A stretch of 64,000 nucleotides of DNA from Utricularia gibba (taxonomy: Eukaryota > Plantae > Magnoliophyta). Position numbers and translations under genes: made by a program. Of this stretch, positions 62,811-64,000 are shown piece after piece. Within the stretch, counting starts at the first letter, position 1, and every line of letters begins with the position of its first letter. The stretch lies in assembly GCA_002189035.1 (NCBI GenBank), contig NEEC01000004.1:3782001-3846000 (forward strand), read 5' to 3'. Below the pieces are notes generated by a model. That model was not told the origin of the DNA, did no database searches, and worked only from the letters and a program-made list of their open reading frames with translations.

Positions 62811-64000
62811 TGTTAGAATCTGATGCCAAGACTTTACTCTGCCTAAGTAACCCAAAGTAAGCCAGCAATTGATGAAGAACTATATTTGGAAGGGAACGCA
62901 AATCAAGCAACGCTGGAGATGACATACTTATTCAAGAACTGATTCTGGAAAGGATGCAATAAAACAACAAAAGAAGGAAAGCCCCACAAATTCCGCAAGC
63001 AAATCAGCCCCTTTTCGTGTCTTTAGCCAACGGCTGAAGCTACCCCTCTGCTTTATAAATTAGGAACAATGGAACAAACAATGTAATGTTTTTCGTGTGG
63101 AATAAAATAAAACTTTTTTTGTGTCCGTCCGAAGAAATCCCAAAAACCCTCTCTAGGTCTCGAGATTGGAGGCTACACGAATCCTTTCATGGTGACAGCT
63201 GTGGGATGTTCATCTCACTAGTGAAAAAAACCAACACAACGAATTTACAAGAAGAGGGTAAGTCACTTATCTACAAAACAATTTTCAGACCACTCATTTG
63301 TTACAGATTACATGGCTGGAAACAACACTCCGATTCCACTCCCTATGTTCGATGGAAAAGACTTCAAAATCTGGTCATTATGGATGATACTCTACCTCAA
63401 AAGCCAGCAGGCTTGGGATGTATTTGAAGCAGAGCTAACAATCCCTGAAAATGCAACTAATGAGGAGAAGAGTAGACTTATACAAGAAAGAGAAGACAAA
63501 GAACTTCGAGGAATGAACATCTTATCGGCTGCAGTCACCTCTGAAGTCTGTGAAGTGTTCATAGAATCTCCAAATCCAATTGCAACATGGAAGGCTTTAA
63601 ACAAAGCTTACAAACCTACCCCAGAAAAAATTGAAAAGGAGTAATCACCAGTGGCATCTACTTGATAATCTGATGTTGAAACCTGCGGAATCAATCACAA
63701 CACTAGTGGAAAATCTCCATAGTATTCTGAAACGACTCACAAAGCTTGGAGAAACAGTTGACGACAGAAGAATAAAAAATAGGATCATTTCTGCACTACC
63801 CAGCTCTTTTGATACTGCACTAACAGCTATTGCAGCCTCTCGAGGACTGAAAAAACACACCCTTGAAGAACTTCTAGATGCTCTCTACAATGCTGAATTA
63901 ACCGACAGCACAAGGGCATCAAGAGCTAGTAAGGAGATAGCCTTCAAAGCAAATTTTGAAAAGAAATATGATCATAAAGTGCGAATTCGACCTCATCCGA
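62811..64000 (+). mobile_element. Ty1/Copia element (3'-truncated by window end): 5' LTR 62811-63189, PBS 63190-63207, gag from 63312
   Basis: TG..CA 379-bp LTR; PBS TGGTGACAGCTGTGGGAT; gag MAGNNTPIPLPMFDGKDFKIW..LPSSFDTALTAI..TLEELL with a local frame break near 63640. Confidence 0.92.

Noticed and set aside
62811-62960. LTR start reading (M)LESDAK, similar to MLEGNDAS at 16484, with a later QELILE
   Set aside because: Frame has stops at 62858 and 62870-62875 and similarity to ELRLIILDP is weak; not counted as support for the U3 ORF.
1-64000. CRISPR arrays, rRNA, tRNA genes, organellar insertions
   Set aside because: None seen; only a tRNA-complementary PBS is present.

Overview
Gene-bearing eudicot nuclear DNA. 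Host genes: an FkbM-family methyltransferase (5'-partial), a two-exon defensin-like gene missed by the ORF track, a glutathione peroxidase, a WAT1/UMAMIT transporter, CCT3 (CCT-gamma), a RING-H2 E3 ligase, a BEL1-like homeobox gene, a DUF604 glycosyltransferase-like gene and a candidate small secreted peptide. A decayed AHL (AT-hook/PPC) pseudogene is spread over about 5.1-18.9 kb and is filled with transposons: a Copia with LTR sequences nested four deep, a CRM-type Gypsy fragment and a second Copia. A third Copia just upstream carries an intact, potentially autonomous hAT transposon. Most novel observation: the U3 region of the LTRs of two related Copia elements keeps a reading frame (ELRLIILDP, 8 of 8 differences synonymous) that starts at the PPT/LTR junction and is in frame with RNase H in one element, suggesting a Pol extension or small ORF inside the LTR. 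The Copia at 62.8 kb has an 18-nt PBS matching tRNA-Leu rather than tRNA-iMet. Several otherwise clean genes carry isolated 1-nt deletions in short homopolymers, which look like assembly errors. All alignments, counts and family assignments were done by hand without database searches.
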